34,121 nt of DNA from assembly GCA_964438265.1 (NCBI GenBank), contig CAYTKB010000002.1, positions 1 through 34,121 on the forward strand, in the 5' to 3' direction. This DNA comes from an uncultured Acetomicrobium sp. GTDB lineage: Bacteria; Synergistota; Synergistia; Synergistales; Thermosynergistaceae. Under the pieces are notes generated by a model. It had not been told where the DNA came from. It saw only the letters and a program-made list of their open reading frames with translations, and ran no database searches. Shown here piece after piece: positions 8,953-17,624 of the stretch; positions within the stretch are counted from its first letter, which is position 1; every line of letters starts with the position of its first letter. A program made the position numbers and the translations under genes.

Positions 8953-9777
8953 ATGCCTTCCAAGGAAGTATTAGACTGGTTGCGCGTAGACTTTTTCCCT
9001 CACATTTGGTGCCCGGGCTGTGGGCATGGCATCATCATGCATGCGCTGTTGCGCGCCTTGGCGTCGCTCGGTTGCGAGAAAGAAAGGACTGTGATAGCCT
9101 CTGGTATCGGATGTTCCAGCCGCATGCCGGGTTACATAGACGCCTGCACCGTTCATACGACTCATGGGCGCTCTCTCGTGTTCGCCACCGGCATTAAGCT
9201 CGCCAATCCCGACCTTACGGTGGTAAACGTGATGGGAGACGGCGACTGCGCTGCTATAGGAGGCAACCACTTCATCCACGCCTGTCGCAGAAACATAGAC
9301 ATCACTGCAGTGATCTTAAACAACTCTATCTATGGTATGACGGGAGGCCAGGTGTCTCCCACAACGCCCATAGGAGCTTATGCCACGACAGCGCCTTATG
9401 GCGCCATAGACCCGCCCTTCGACCTGTGCAATTTGGCTGCTGCCGCGGGGGCTACGTACGTAGCCAGAGCCACGGTGGCGCAACCTCAGCTCATAGAGCA
9501 GTACATCAAGAAGGGGATTCAAAACAAAGGGTTTTCCGTGGTAGAAGTGATGACTCATTGTCATACCCAGTTCGGCCGCAGGAACAAGCTCCCCCGTCCG
9601 ATAGACAATATAAACCGCTTCAAGCAGGTGAGCGTCACGAAGACGAAGGCCGACGCCATGAAGCCGGAGGAATTGGAAGGAAAAATTGTAATAGGCGAAC
9701 TGATGGATAGGGAGAGGCCCGAATATGTCGAACAATACCTAAGGCTCATCGAGAGGGCAAGGGGGCAGGTCGCATGA
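8953..9777 (+). CDS. 2-oxoacid:ferredoxin oxidoreductase beta subunit (TPP-binding, KorB-like)
   Basis: WCPGCG, SGIGCS, HGR, GDGD..IGGNH, NNSIYGMTGGQ. Confidence 0.93.
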   Translation: MPSKEVLDWLRVDFFPHIWCPGCGHGIIMHALLRALASLGCEKERTVIASGIGCSSRMPGYIDACTVHTTHGRSLVFATGIKLANPDLTVVNVMGDGDCAAIGGNHFIHACRRNIDITAVILNNSIYGMTGGQVSPTTPIGAYATTAPYGAIDPPFDLCNLAAAAGATYVARATVAQPQLIEQYIKKGIQNKGFSVVEVMTHCHTQFGRRNKLPRPIDNINRFKQVSVTKTKADAMKPEELEGKIVIGELMDRERPEYVEQYLRLIERARGQVA

Positions 9778-10319
9778 ACGAGCGTTATGAGATACGAATA
9801 GCCGGATCCGGTGGACAGGGGGTCATCTTGGCTGCGGTCATCCTCGGAGAGGCAGCTGCCCTTTACGAAGAGGGCCTGAACGTCGTTCAAGCTCAGGCCT
9901 ACGGGCCGGAGGCGCGAGGTGGGGCGTCGAAATCTGAGGTGGTCATATCGAGAGAGCCCATCGATTATCCGAAAGCTGTTTCGCCGAAGCTCCAGGTCGT
10001 CTTAACCCAGGCGGCGTGCGATAAATACGCCGCTGATACCGCTTCGGACGGCATTCTAATCCTCGATGACTTTTACGTCGCTAAGCTGCCAGATATAAAG
10101 GTCAAGACCCTCTGTCTTCCCATAGTGAGAACAGCTCGCGATGCGATCGGGCGCGAGGTCGTGGCTAATATGGTGGCCTTAGGGGTCATAGGGAAAGTTT
10201 TGGAGCAGTGGGGCCTGTTGCATCCCGAATCCGTCAAGAAGGCATTGTTAGCGCGCGTCCCTAAAGGAACCGAAGAGCTCAACGAAAAGGCCTTCGAGGC
10301 CGGCTACGCTTTGTTGTAG
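9774..10319 (+). CDS. 2-oxoacid:ferredoxin oxidoreductase gamma subunit
   Basis: GSGGQGVIL, YGPEARGG, NMVALG, NEKAFEAG. Confidence 0.93.
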   Translation: MNERYEIRIAGSGGQGVILAAVILGEAAALYEEGLNVVQAQAYGPEARGGASKSEVVISREPIDYPKAVSPKLQVVLTQAACDKYAADTASDGILILDDFYVAKLPDIKVKTLCLPIVRTARDAIGREVVANMVALGVIGKVLEQWGLLHPESVKKALLARVPKGTEELNEKAFEAGYALL

Positions 10320-10347
10320 ATTCGAGAGGCCATAGATCCACCCTTAC

Positions 10348-11691
10348 ATGCGCATAAAAGTAGAAAAGATTAACAGCCGAGGGCAGGGCATAGGGAGGAT
10401 CGATGGCCTCGTAACCTTCGTGGACGGCGCACTTCCTGGCGAAGAAGTGGAGGCCGAAGTGGTCGTGCGCAAGCGCGATTATGCTGTGGCCAAGGCGCTT
10501 TCCATCTTATCGCCAAGCTCCGAGAGGAGAAATCCTGTATGCCCGCACTTCGGCTCCTGCGGTGGCTGCCAGCTGCAACATGCCTCGTATGATTACCAGT
10601 TAAGCCTAAAGACTGAACTCGCGGCAGATGCCCTGCGGAGGATAGGTGGTTTTAGCTCTCTCCCGATAAAGCCTTGCATCCCAAGCCCAAAGAGCATAGG
10701 CTATCGGAACAAAGCCTCTTTTCCCATAAGAAGACAGGGCAAGCGCGGGACGATCGGCCTTTTCCGAGAGGGTAGCCATCGAGTTGTGCCGATAACTTCT
10801 TGCCCGGCCGTCGAGGATTTGATTCAACAGGTGTTCTCTCACTTCCGTTCGCTCATGAGTGAAAGTGCACTTTCAGCGTACGACGAGAGATATCGCCTCG
10901 GGCTCTTAAGGCATCTTGTCGTTAGAGCAGGTAGCTTTACGGGAGAAGCCCTTGTGGCGCTTGTAGTGGCTAAAGAGCCCAATGTCGACGAAAGGGCGAA
11001 GCTTAAAGCCATCGCTGAGGCAATGGCTTGCGCCTTTCCATCGCTTCGAGGTTTCGTTTTGAACGTAAATCGAAACGAGGGGAACTTCATTTGGGGCAGT
11101 AAAAGCCGGGCCCTTGTAGGTAAAGATGAGCTCACGGAACATCTGGACGATTTTTCTTTCATTTTCAGCGCCACCTCGTTTTTTCAGGTCAACTCTTATC
11201 AAGCGCTCAACCTCTATCGATTTGTGGCCTCCGAGTTGGGGGGTGCCGATGGCGGTAGGGTGTTAGAGTTATATAGCGGCGTGGGAAGCTTAACGGCATT
11301 CTTGGCCAAAGGGGCCGAAGAGGTGACGGCGGTAGAAGAGAATGCCGACGCGGTTCGTCATATGAGAGACAACATGGCCCGAAACGGGCTGCGCAACGTT
11401 AGGGCGCTCTGCGGCAGGGCAGAGGATACGGTTCATCTGTGGCGCGATTGGGCGCCCCAAACCGTGGTGTTGGATCCGCCGCGCTCCGGCTGTCATCCGA
11501 AGGTGATAGCCGGTTTGGTCAGCGTGGAGCCGAGAAAGATAATTTATGTATCCTGCAACGCGGCCACGTTAGCCAGAGATGCAGCCGTTCTGTGCGAACA
11601 TGGATACGTCGTAACCTGCGTGCAACCTTTCGACATGTTTCCACAGACCGCGCATGTGGAGTGCGTGGCTGTCCTTTCGCGCAATTCGTAA
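10348..11691 (+). CDS. rlmD: 23S rRNA (uracil-C5)-methyltransferase RlmD/RumA family
   Basis: TRAM N-terminus, CPHFGSCGGCQLQH Fe-S motif, SFFQVN, LDPPRSG, YVSCN, DMFPQTAHVEC. Confidence 0.93.
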   Translation: MRIKVEKINSRGQGIGRIDGLVTFVDGALPGEEVEAEVVVRKRDYAVAKALSILSPSSERRNPVCPHFGSCGGCQLQHASYDYQLSLKTELAADALRRIGGFSSLPIKPCIPSPKSIGYRNKASFPIRRQGKRGTIGLFREGSHRVVPITSCPAVEDLIQQVFSHFRSLMSESALSAYDERYRLGLLRHLVVRAGSFTGEALVALVVAKEPNVDERAKLKAIAEAMACAFPSLRGFVLNVNRNEGNFIWGSKSRALVGKDELTEHLDDFSFIFSATSFFQVNSYQALNLYRFVASELGGADGGRVLELYSGVGSLTAFLAKGAEEVTAVEENADAVRHMRDNMARNGLRNVRALCGRAEDTVHLWRDWAPQTVVLDPPRSGCHPKVIAGLVSVEPRKIIYVSCNAATLARDAAVLCEHGYVVTCVQPFDMFPQTAHVECVAVLSRNS

Positions 11692-11692
11692 G

Positions 11693-11721
11693 TTGCGCGA
11701 TGACTGATATGCTGGTATAAT
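11693..11721 (+). promoter_or_regulatory. Sigma70-type promoter of the pyr operon
   Basis: TTGCGC-17 nt-TATAAT with extended -10 (TGgTATAAT); start site expected near 11728. Confidence 0.75.
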
Positions 11722-11754
11722 CCGCCTAAAGTTGTAGGGGGAGATTTGTCCGTC

Positions 11755-11817
11755 ATGTTAGGTAGAAGGATTAAATTAAGTCTTGTTCTTGGTTTCAAGA
11801 GGCTGAACCGCATATAG
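11755..11817 (+). CDS. Putative 20-aa pyr leader peptide (MLGRRIKLSLVLGFKRLNRI)
   Basis: ATG 11755 preceded by AGGGGGAG (11736-11743); stop TAG 11815-11817 lies in the terminator loop. Confidence 0.55.
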   Translation: MLGRRIKLSLVLGFKRLNRI

Positions 11818-11837
11818 GCGGTTCGGCCATTTTTTTT
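11801..11837 (+). terminator. Intrinsic terminator/attenuator in the pyr leader
   Basis: 11-bp stem GGCTGAACCGC/GCGGTTCGGCC, loop ATATAG, then A and 8 T; lies between the promoter and pyrR. Confidence 0.88.
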
Positions 11838-11862
11838 GCCTTTTAAAAAGGGGGTGAAGCGT

Positions 11863-12408
11863 GTGATAAAGAAGGTCATCATGACTGAAGAAGAAATGGA
11901 CAGGACCTTAAGCCGCATAGCCTACGAGGTAGCGGAACACCTCAAAGGCCTCAATGACGTTGTAATAGTCGGCGTGCAGAGGCGCGGCGTGAGCCTTGCC
12001 AAAAGGCTGCAGAAAAGCTTTCGCGACATGGATGGCGTTGAAGTGCCGATGGGAGAGCTCGACATCACTTTGTATCGCGACGACTTGACGCTCCTTCAGG
12101 ATCAACCTCTGGTCCGAAGTACCTCAGTTCCCGTAAATATCACCGGAAAACGCATACTCCTGGTGGACGACGTGATATTCACGGGCAGGACAGTGAGGGC
12201 GGCACTCGATGCGCTGATGGACCTGGGGCGTCCTTCGTTAGTGCAATTAGCCGTTTTGGTAGACCGAAACAATAGGGAATTACCCATACATCCCGATTAC
12301 GTGGGACTAAAGATTTCGACCGACAAAAGCGACGTCGTCGAAGTTAGGGTAAAGGAATGGGATGGCGATGACCAGGTGATCTTGTGGGAAGATGGTGGTG
12401 AAGGGTAA
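11863..12408 (+). CDS. pyrR: PyrR family protein (pyr regulator / uracil phosphoribosyltransferase)
   Basis: LDITLYRDDL, LVDDVIFTGRTVRAA, LVDRNNRELPI; GTG 11863 after AAGGGGGTG. Confidence 0.93.
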   Translation: MIKKVIMTEEEMDRTLSRIAYEVAEHLKGLNDVVIVGVQRRGVSLAKRLQKSFRDMDGVEVPMGELDITLYRDDLTLLQDQPLVRSTSVPVNITGKRILLVDDVIFTGRTVRAALDALMDLGRPSLVQLAVLVDRNNRELPIHPDYVGLKISTDKSDVVEVRVKEWDGDDQVILWEDGGEG

Positions 12409-13337
12409 TGTCGTGGAAACGCAAGCACCTCATCGATGTGGACGACTGGGAGAGGGAAGATTTTGAGCTCCTCTTAGAGCAGACTTCGAACATGGATTCG
12501 ATCCTCGATCGCTCTATAAAAAAGGCCCCGGCGCTCAGAGGTAAGATAGTAGTCAACATATTCTACGAGCCCTCTACGCGGACGCGCACCTCCTTTGAGA
12601 TAGCCGGCAAACTCTTAAGCGCTGACGTCATAAACTGGACCGCTTCGGGTTCCAGCGCGGCCAAGGGCGAGTCGCTTCGCGATACGATATGGACGCTTGA
12701 GGCGATGGGCGCAGATGCCGTTGTTATTCGACACGGCGAAGTCGGCGTGCCGTATTATTTGGTAGAAAAACTTAAAAAAGCCTCCGTCATAAATGGCGGC
12801 GACGGGACTCATGCCCATCCCACCCAGGCGTTGCTCGATCTGTATACGGCTTGGAGGGAACTCGGATCTCTGGACGGCAAAAAGGTGGCCATAGTAGGAG
12901 ACATCTTGCACAGCCGAGTTGCCAGAAGTGACATATATGCCTTTAAAGCGGTTGGAGCCAAGGTGTATTTATCGGGCCCTTCTACGCTCATGCCGACGGA
13001 TATAAATTCGCTTAATGCCACATATGAACCGAATATAGCCGAGGCGATCGAGGGAGCGGATATCATTTATATGCTCCGCATCCAAAGGGAGCGCCAGGAT
13101 GCCGGATTGTTCCCGTCACTGGACGAATACCACAGGCGCTACGGCCTTACAAACAAGCTTATCGGTAAAGCTAAAAAAGGAGCGCTGGTGATGCATCCTG
13201 GGCCCATAAACAGAGGCGTAGAAATCGCTTCCTCTGTGGCGGATGGACCTCAGAGCTTCATATTGAAACAGGTTAGGGCTGGCGTAGCTGTCAGAATGGC
13301 GTTGCTTTATCTAATGCTTGGAGGGGTGAAAGAATGA
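12408..13337 (+). CDS. pyrB: Aspartate carbamoyltransferase catalytic subunit
   Basis: FYEPSTRTRTSFE, KGES, HPTQALLD, GDILHSRV, RIQRER, MHPGPINRG. Confidence 0.97.
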   Translation: MSWKRKHLIDVDDWEREDFELLLEQTSNMDSILDRSIKKAPALRGKIVVNIFYEPSTRTRTSFEIAGKLLSADVINWTASGSSAAKGESLRDTIWTLEAMGADAVVIRHGEVGVPYYLVEKLKKASVINGGDGTHAHPTQALLDLYTAWRELGSLDGKKVAIVGDILHSRVARSDIYAFKAVGAKVYLSGPSTLMPTDINSLNATYEPNIAEAIEGADIIYMLRIQRERQDAGLFPSLDEYHRRYGLTNKLIGKAKKGALVMHPGPINRGVEIASSVADGPQSFILKQVRAGVAVRMALLYLMLGGVKE

Positions 13338-14656
13338 AATGGCTCGTCAATGGGAGACTCTTTGACGGCGAGCTCCTGCGCGAAGGTCTGTGTGACCTCG
13401 TTATAGATAAGGGGAGAGTGGCGAAGATCGCCCCTGCGGGGCGCTTTGTGCCGCCTGAAGCGGCTGTGAGGATCGACCTCGATGGCCGCATATTAGCCCC
13501 TGGCTTCATAGATTTACACGCTCACCTGCGCGATCCGGGACAGGAGTGGAGAGAAGACATAATCTCTGGGTCGCGCGCCGCTGCGGCGGGCGGCTTTGCG
13601 ACAGTGGTGGCTATGCCGAACACGGATCCGCCTGTAGATCGCTCCTCGCTCGTGCGCTATGTGTTGGAAAGAGGTCAAAGCGCGGAGGCTGCCCGCGTGC
13701 TTCCGGCTGGAAGCGTGACCAAGGGAAGGCGCGGTCAGGAGCTGGCAGAGATGTGGTTTATGGCGAATGAGGGGGCGGCTATCTTTACCGATGACGGCCT
13801 TCCCGTTTCGACTGCCCATCTTTTGAGGACGGCTCTGCTATATGCCGACGATCTCGGCATGGCTATAATGGAACACCCAGAGGAGCTTTCCTTGACGAAG
13901 GATGCCCAGGTGAATGATGGCCCGTGCGCGGCGCGGAGCGGCTTAAAAGGAGCGCCAAAGGCGGCCGAACTGATAGCCGTCGAGAGAGGGATCGCCCTGG
14001 CAAAGGATACGAGTGCTCATCTTCACCTGACGCACCTGAGCGCCGAAGAATCCTTGGAGGCAGTGCGTAGGGCTAAAGAGGATGGTATAAATATAACGTG
14101 CGACGTCACGCCTCATCACCTCACGCTCGATGAGTCTTTGGTAGAAAAGAGCGGCTACAGCGCAGCATACAAGGTAAATCCGCCGCTTCGCAGTGGGCGC
14201 GATTTAGAAGCGCTTTGGGAAGGGCTGGCCGATGGGACCGTCGATGCCATCGCCACTGATCACGCGCCTTATCACTTGGACGAGAAAGACCTTCCATTCC
14301 AAGAGGCTGCTTCTGGCATCGCCTCGCTGGAATGCGCCGTGGCTGTTGTCTTTGACGCTTGGTTTAAGCGCGGTAAGCCCTTCGGGATCGAGCGCCTCTT
14401 ACAGCTTTTTACCGCCGGGCCGGCTTCCGTGCTCCTCAAATCGGATTTAGGAAGGATTGAGGAGGGGAGCGTCGCAGACATTACGGTTTTGGATATCGGC
14501 AGAGAACGTCGGGTAGAGGCGAAACGCTGGGAGAGCAAGGCGCGCATCACTCCATGGGAGGGTTCCGTGCTTTGTGGGTGGCCCGTCATGACGATGCGCG
14601 AAGGCAAGGTGATCTGGGTCGACGGAGACAGTGGACTCCATGCAGAGCGAGATTGA
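13334..14656 (+). CDS. pyrC: Dihydroorotase (type I)
   Basis: PGFIDLHAHLRDPG, MPNT, KVNPPLR, IATDHAP. Confidence 0.95.
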   Translation: MKWLVNGRLFDGELLREGLCDLVIDKGRVAKIAPAGRFVPPEAAVRIDLDGRILAPGFIDLHAHLRDPGQEWREDIISGSRAAAAGGFATVVAMPNTDPPVDRSSLVRYVLERGQSAEAARVLPAGSVTKGRRGQELAEMWFMANEGAAIFTDDGLPVSTAHLLRTALLYADDLGMAIMEHPEELSLTKDAQVNDGPCAARSGLKGAPKAAELIAVERGIALAKDTSAHLHLTHLSAEESLEAVRRAKEDGINITCDVTPHHLTLDESLVEKSGYSAAYKVNPPLRSGRDLEALWEGLADGTVDAIATDHAPYHLDEKDLPFQEAASGIASLECAVAVVFDAWFKRGKPFGIERLLQLFTAGPASVLLKSDLGRIEEGSVADITVLDIGRERRVEAKRWESKARITPWEGSVLCGWPVMTMREGKVIWVDGDSGLHAERD

Positions 14657-15419
14657 ATTTTGCGACGAAGGGGCGACTTTATCGGCGAAAGAGCCCTTGG
14701 GAGATGGATTGGCACACTTGACGTTTCAGGCGCCGCGCATCGCCAAAGCCGCTCGCCCAGGACAATTTGTCATGCTTTATCCCCTCTCCGAGGCGCGCTC
14801 CTATGATCCACTGTTAGGAAGGCCTATGGCTATAGCCGGTGCGAGCGGAGGGGCAGTAGAGATTTGCCTTTCCGTAGCAAGAAGAGGCACAGGGATTATC
14901 TATTCACTTCCGATCGGTGTTCGCTGCAGGATGCGCGGCCCGTTGGGCTCTGGTTTTCCGGCGCCGCAGGGCGAGATCATGCTCGTAGGTGGGGGCATAG
15001 GAGTTGCCCCCCTTATCTTCGCTCATGCCTTTTATGGCCCGTCGGCATACTCAATGCGCTTTGTGATGGGCGTCCCTCATAGAGGGTGGGAAGCCTTCGT
15101 CAACTGGGCGGGCGGGCGAGTGCGGGCTCTGCATGTGTGGTCAGACGATGGAAGCATCGGCGAAAAGGGGAGCGCGGTGGACGCGGCTTGTGCCCTTTAT
15201 AGTGGCGAGGAGATATGGGCGTGTGGTCCTGTGGCCATGTTGAGATCTCTCGTCCGGCGCATCTCAGGCGCCAGCATCTACGCGAGCCTCGAACGGCGGA
15301 TGGCTTGCGGTTACGGGGGGTGTTATGGCTGTGTCGTGCCCACCGCAAACGGCCCTAAGCGGGTTTGCCGCGATGGACCGGTCTTTTACGCTGAGGAGGT
15401 CAGTTGGGATGAGCTCTGA
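14640..15419 (+). CDS. pyrK: Dihydroorotate dehydrogenase B electron transfer subunit
   Basis: PGQFVM, GPLGSGF, GGGIGVAP, ACGP, MACGYGGCYGC...C.DGPVF 2Fe-2S motif. Confidence 0.93.
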   Translation: MQSEIEFCDEGATLSAKEPLGDGLAHLTFQAPRIAKAARPGQFVMLYPLSEARSYDPLLGRPMAIAGASGGAVEICLSVARRGTGIIYSLPIGVRCRMRGPLGSGFPAPQGEIMLVGGGIGVAPLIFAHAFYGPSAYSMRFVMGVPHRGWEAFVNWAGGRVRALHVWSDDGSIGEKGSAVDAACALYSGEEIWACGPVAMLRSLVRRISGASIYASLERRMACGYGGCYGCVVPTANGPKRVCRDGPVFYAEEVSWDEL

Positions 15420-16347
15420 AGGGCCTTCTCTTCGATGTCGTGTCGGAGGTCTCGATCTCAGGTCTCCGATCATAGTGGCTTCGGGGACGTGGCCCCATGA
15501 TCCGTCGTTTTGGCGCGGCGAGAGGGCAACCGGGCTTGGAGCCATCTGCACCAAGGGCATCACGAGAAATAGGCGAGAGGGCAACAGAGGGATTCGCCTA
15601 TGGGAAACGCCTTGCGGATTGCTCAACAGCATAGGGTTACAGAATAGCGGCGTCGAGGCTTTCATTTCGGGCGAGTTGACAGAGATCGACAGCCGCGATG
15701 TGCCGCTCATAGCCAATGTGGCCGTGGAAGGCCTCTCTTCCCTTGTAGAGGTGCTCGAGCTCCTTGCCTCTGTAAAAGACCAGATAGATGCCATTGAACT
15801 CAACATATCTTGCCCGAACGTAGACGAAGGCGGGATCGCTTGGGGATCTAACCCCGAAAGCACGGCAAAGGCTGTAGCCTGCGCACGCTCCCTTTGGGGC
15901 GGCCCGCTTTGGGTCAAACTTACGCCCCACGCTTGCGACATCGTCAGGGTGGCCACTAGCGCCCAAGAGTGCGGTGCGGATGCTTTGGTGGTCGCCAATA
16001 CGTGGCTCGGCATGGCCATAGACGTGGAGGGTGAGAGGCCGGTCTTCGATAGGGTCGTAGCCGGCCTTTCCGGCCCTGCAGTCTTTCCGTTGGCATTGCG
16101 GTTGGTCTGGGAGGTAGCGAAGTGCGTCTCTGTCCCTGTGATCGGATGCGGAGGCATAGCGGAGGCAAGGGATGTCGTGGCGATGCTGTTTGCAGGCGCA
16201 TCTGCAGTAGAGATGGGCACCGCCCTTTTTTTAGATTTAAATTTACCGGCAAAATTTACACTGACGTTAAAAGAATATATGCAACGCCATGGCTACGCCT
16301 CGATAGAGGAAATGGTCGGGGTTGCATCGCACGCTGGAGGGATTTAA
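15409..16347 (+). CDS. pyrD: Dihydroorotate dehydrogenase (family 1B) catalytic subunit
   Basis: ASGT, NSIGLQN, ELNISCPN, VKLTP, GLSGP, GCGGI; ATG 15409 after GAGGAGG. Confidence 0.95.
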   Translation: MSSEGPSLRCRVGGLDLRSPIIVASGTWPHDPSFWRGERATGLGAICTKGITRNRREGNRGIRLWETPCGLLNSIGLQNSGVEAFISGELTEIDSRDVPLIANVAVEGLSSLVEVLELLASVKDQIDAIELNISCPNVDEGGIAWGSNPESTAKAVACARSLWGGPLWVKLTPHACDIVRVATSAQECGADALVVANTWLGMAIDVEGERPVFDRVVAGLSGPAVFPLALRLVWEVAKCVSVPVIGCGGIAEARDVVAMLFAGASAVEMGTALFLDLNLPAKFTLTLKEYMQRHGYASIEEMVGVASHAGGI

Positions 16348-16348
16348 C

Positions 16349-17062
16349 ATGAAGGACAGACCATCTTTGATATTGGCCTTAGACTTGAAAAGCCTCGACG
16401 AAGCGGAGATGTTGCTGTCGCGTGTGGGAGACATGGTTGAGCATGTCAAAGTTGGGCCACGCCTCCTCCTTTCGGGCGGCCCCCGATGGGTCGCTTCTCT
16501 CGCCAGCAACTGGAAGGTGTTTTTGGACTTAAAGCTCCATGACATACCCAACACCGTCAGAGGCGCAGTTGAGGCGTTGTGCGAGATGGGTATCTGGGCG
16601 GTAACCATCCATATCGCGGGGGGTAGGGACATGATGAACTCTGCGATCGAGGCGAGGAACTCCGAGGGTCCTTTGTTGTTCGGCGTGACGATTTTGACGA
16701 GCCTCGATGAAACCGGGTGGCGTGTGGTTTCCCCGGGATCCCGTATGGATGAATGCCTAAAGGCACGAGCGAACCTTGCGGCCGAGGTGGGGCTCGACGG
16801 GATAGTCTGTGCGCCCACAGATCTTCCTTCGGTGCGCGCAATTATCGGGAGCCAGTGCGTTACAGTCGTTCCGGGCATAAGGCTCGCCTCTCGCCTCGAT
16901 GATCAGAGGCGCACGTCACATCCGTCTGAAGCCGTAAGGATGGGCGGGGATTTCCTCGTGGTAGGGCGCCCGATACTTGAATCCCCAGATCCACGGAGCG
17001 TGATCGATCGGATAAAAGAGGAAATGGAGGAGGGATGGCGTTGCAGGAAGGCGGATCTATAG
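16349..17062 (+). CDS. pyrF: Orotidine-5'-phosphate decarboxylase
   Basis: ILALD, KVG, FLDLKLHDIPNT, PGIR, DQRR, VVGRPI. Confidence 0.96.
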   Translation: MKDRPSLILALDLKSLDEAEMLLSRVGDMVEHVKVGPRLLLSGGPRWVASLASNWKVFLDLKLHDIPNTVRGAVEALCEMGIWAVTIHIAGGRDMMNSAIEARNSEGPLLFGVTILTSLDETGWRVVSPGSRMDECLKARANLAAEVGLDGIVCAPTDLPSVRAIIGSQCVTVVPGIRLASRLDDQRRTSHPSEAVRMGGDFLVVGRPILESPDPRSVIDRIKEEMEEGWRCRKADL

Positions 17063-17619
17063 AATCCAAGCTGATGGCTATGATGAGCGCGAGCGGCGCG
17101 CTTTTGGAAGGCCACTTTCTCTTGACCTCTGGGCTTCATAGCGGTAACTACCTACAGTGTGCTATGTTATTGCGTTATCCTGAAAATGCAGCGTTCGTAG
17201 GTGAGGCGATAGGTCGGCAAGTGGCCGACTTAGATCCGGAGGTGATCATCTCGCCAGCCTTGGGAGGCATTATAGTGGGGCATGAAGTGGCAAGGTGGTT
17301 GGGGGTGGAGTTTCTGTTCTGCGAGAGGGAGAATGGCAAGATGAAGCTTAGGCGCTTTCCTCATCCTGGACGCAAGAGAGCCGTGGTGGTTGAGGACGTC
17401 ATAACCACCGGCACTTCCTCTCGCGAGGTGGGAGAGTATATCGCTCAGGGAGGAGCTGACTGGGTGGGCACGGCCTGCATAGTTGACAGAAGCGGCGGTA
17501 AGGCCGGTTTCCCTACGCCGCTCTTCTCTTTGTGGCGCGTGAGCTTTCATACGTATGAACGCGACTCGTGCCCTCTCTGCAGGGCTGGTATTCCTCTCAT
17601 AAAGCCGGGCAGCCGATAG
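17035..17619 (+). CDS. pyrE: Orotate phosphoribosyltransferase
   Basis: GHFLLTSGLHS, VVEDVITTGTS PRPP-binding motif, C-terminal CPLC...KPGSR. Confidence 0.95.
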   Translation: MALQEGGSIESKLMAMMSASGALLEGHFLLTSGLHSGNYLQCAMLLRYPENAAFVGEAIGRQVADLDPEVIISPALGGIIVGHEVARWLGVEFLFCERENGKMKLRRFPHPGRKRAVVVEDVITTGTSSREVGEYIAQGGADWVGTACIVDRSGGKAGFPTPLFSLWRVSFHTYERDSCPLCRAGIPLIKPGSR

Positions 17620-17624
17620 GAAAA

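Noticed and set aside
11778-11804. AAGTC...AGAGGCT as a PyrR binding loop.
   Set aside because: The halves are too far apart, the UCCNGNG core is missing, and the 3' part overlaps the terminator arm instead of forming an upstream anti-antiterminator.
15264-16878. Long antisense ORFs (318 aa and 203 aa here; also 7540-8220, 19800-20426, 27894-28574).
   Set aside because: Shadow frames of well-supported + strand genes in GC-rich coding DNA; no motifs or SD.
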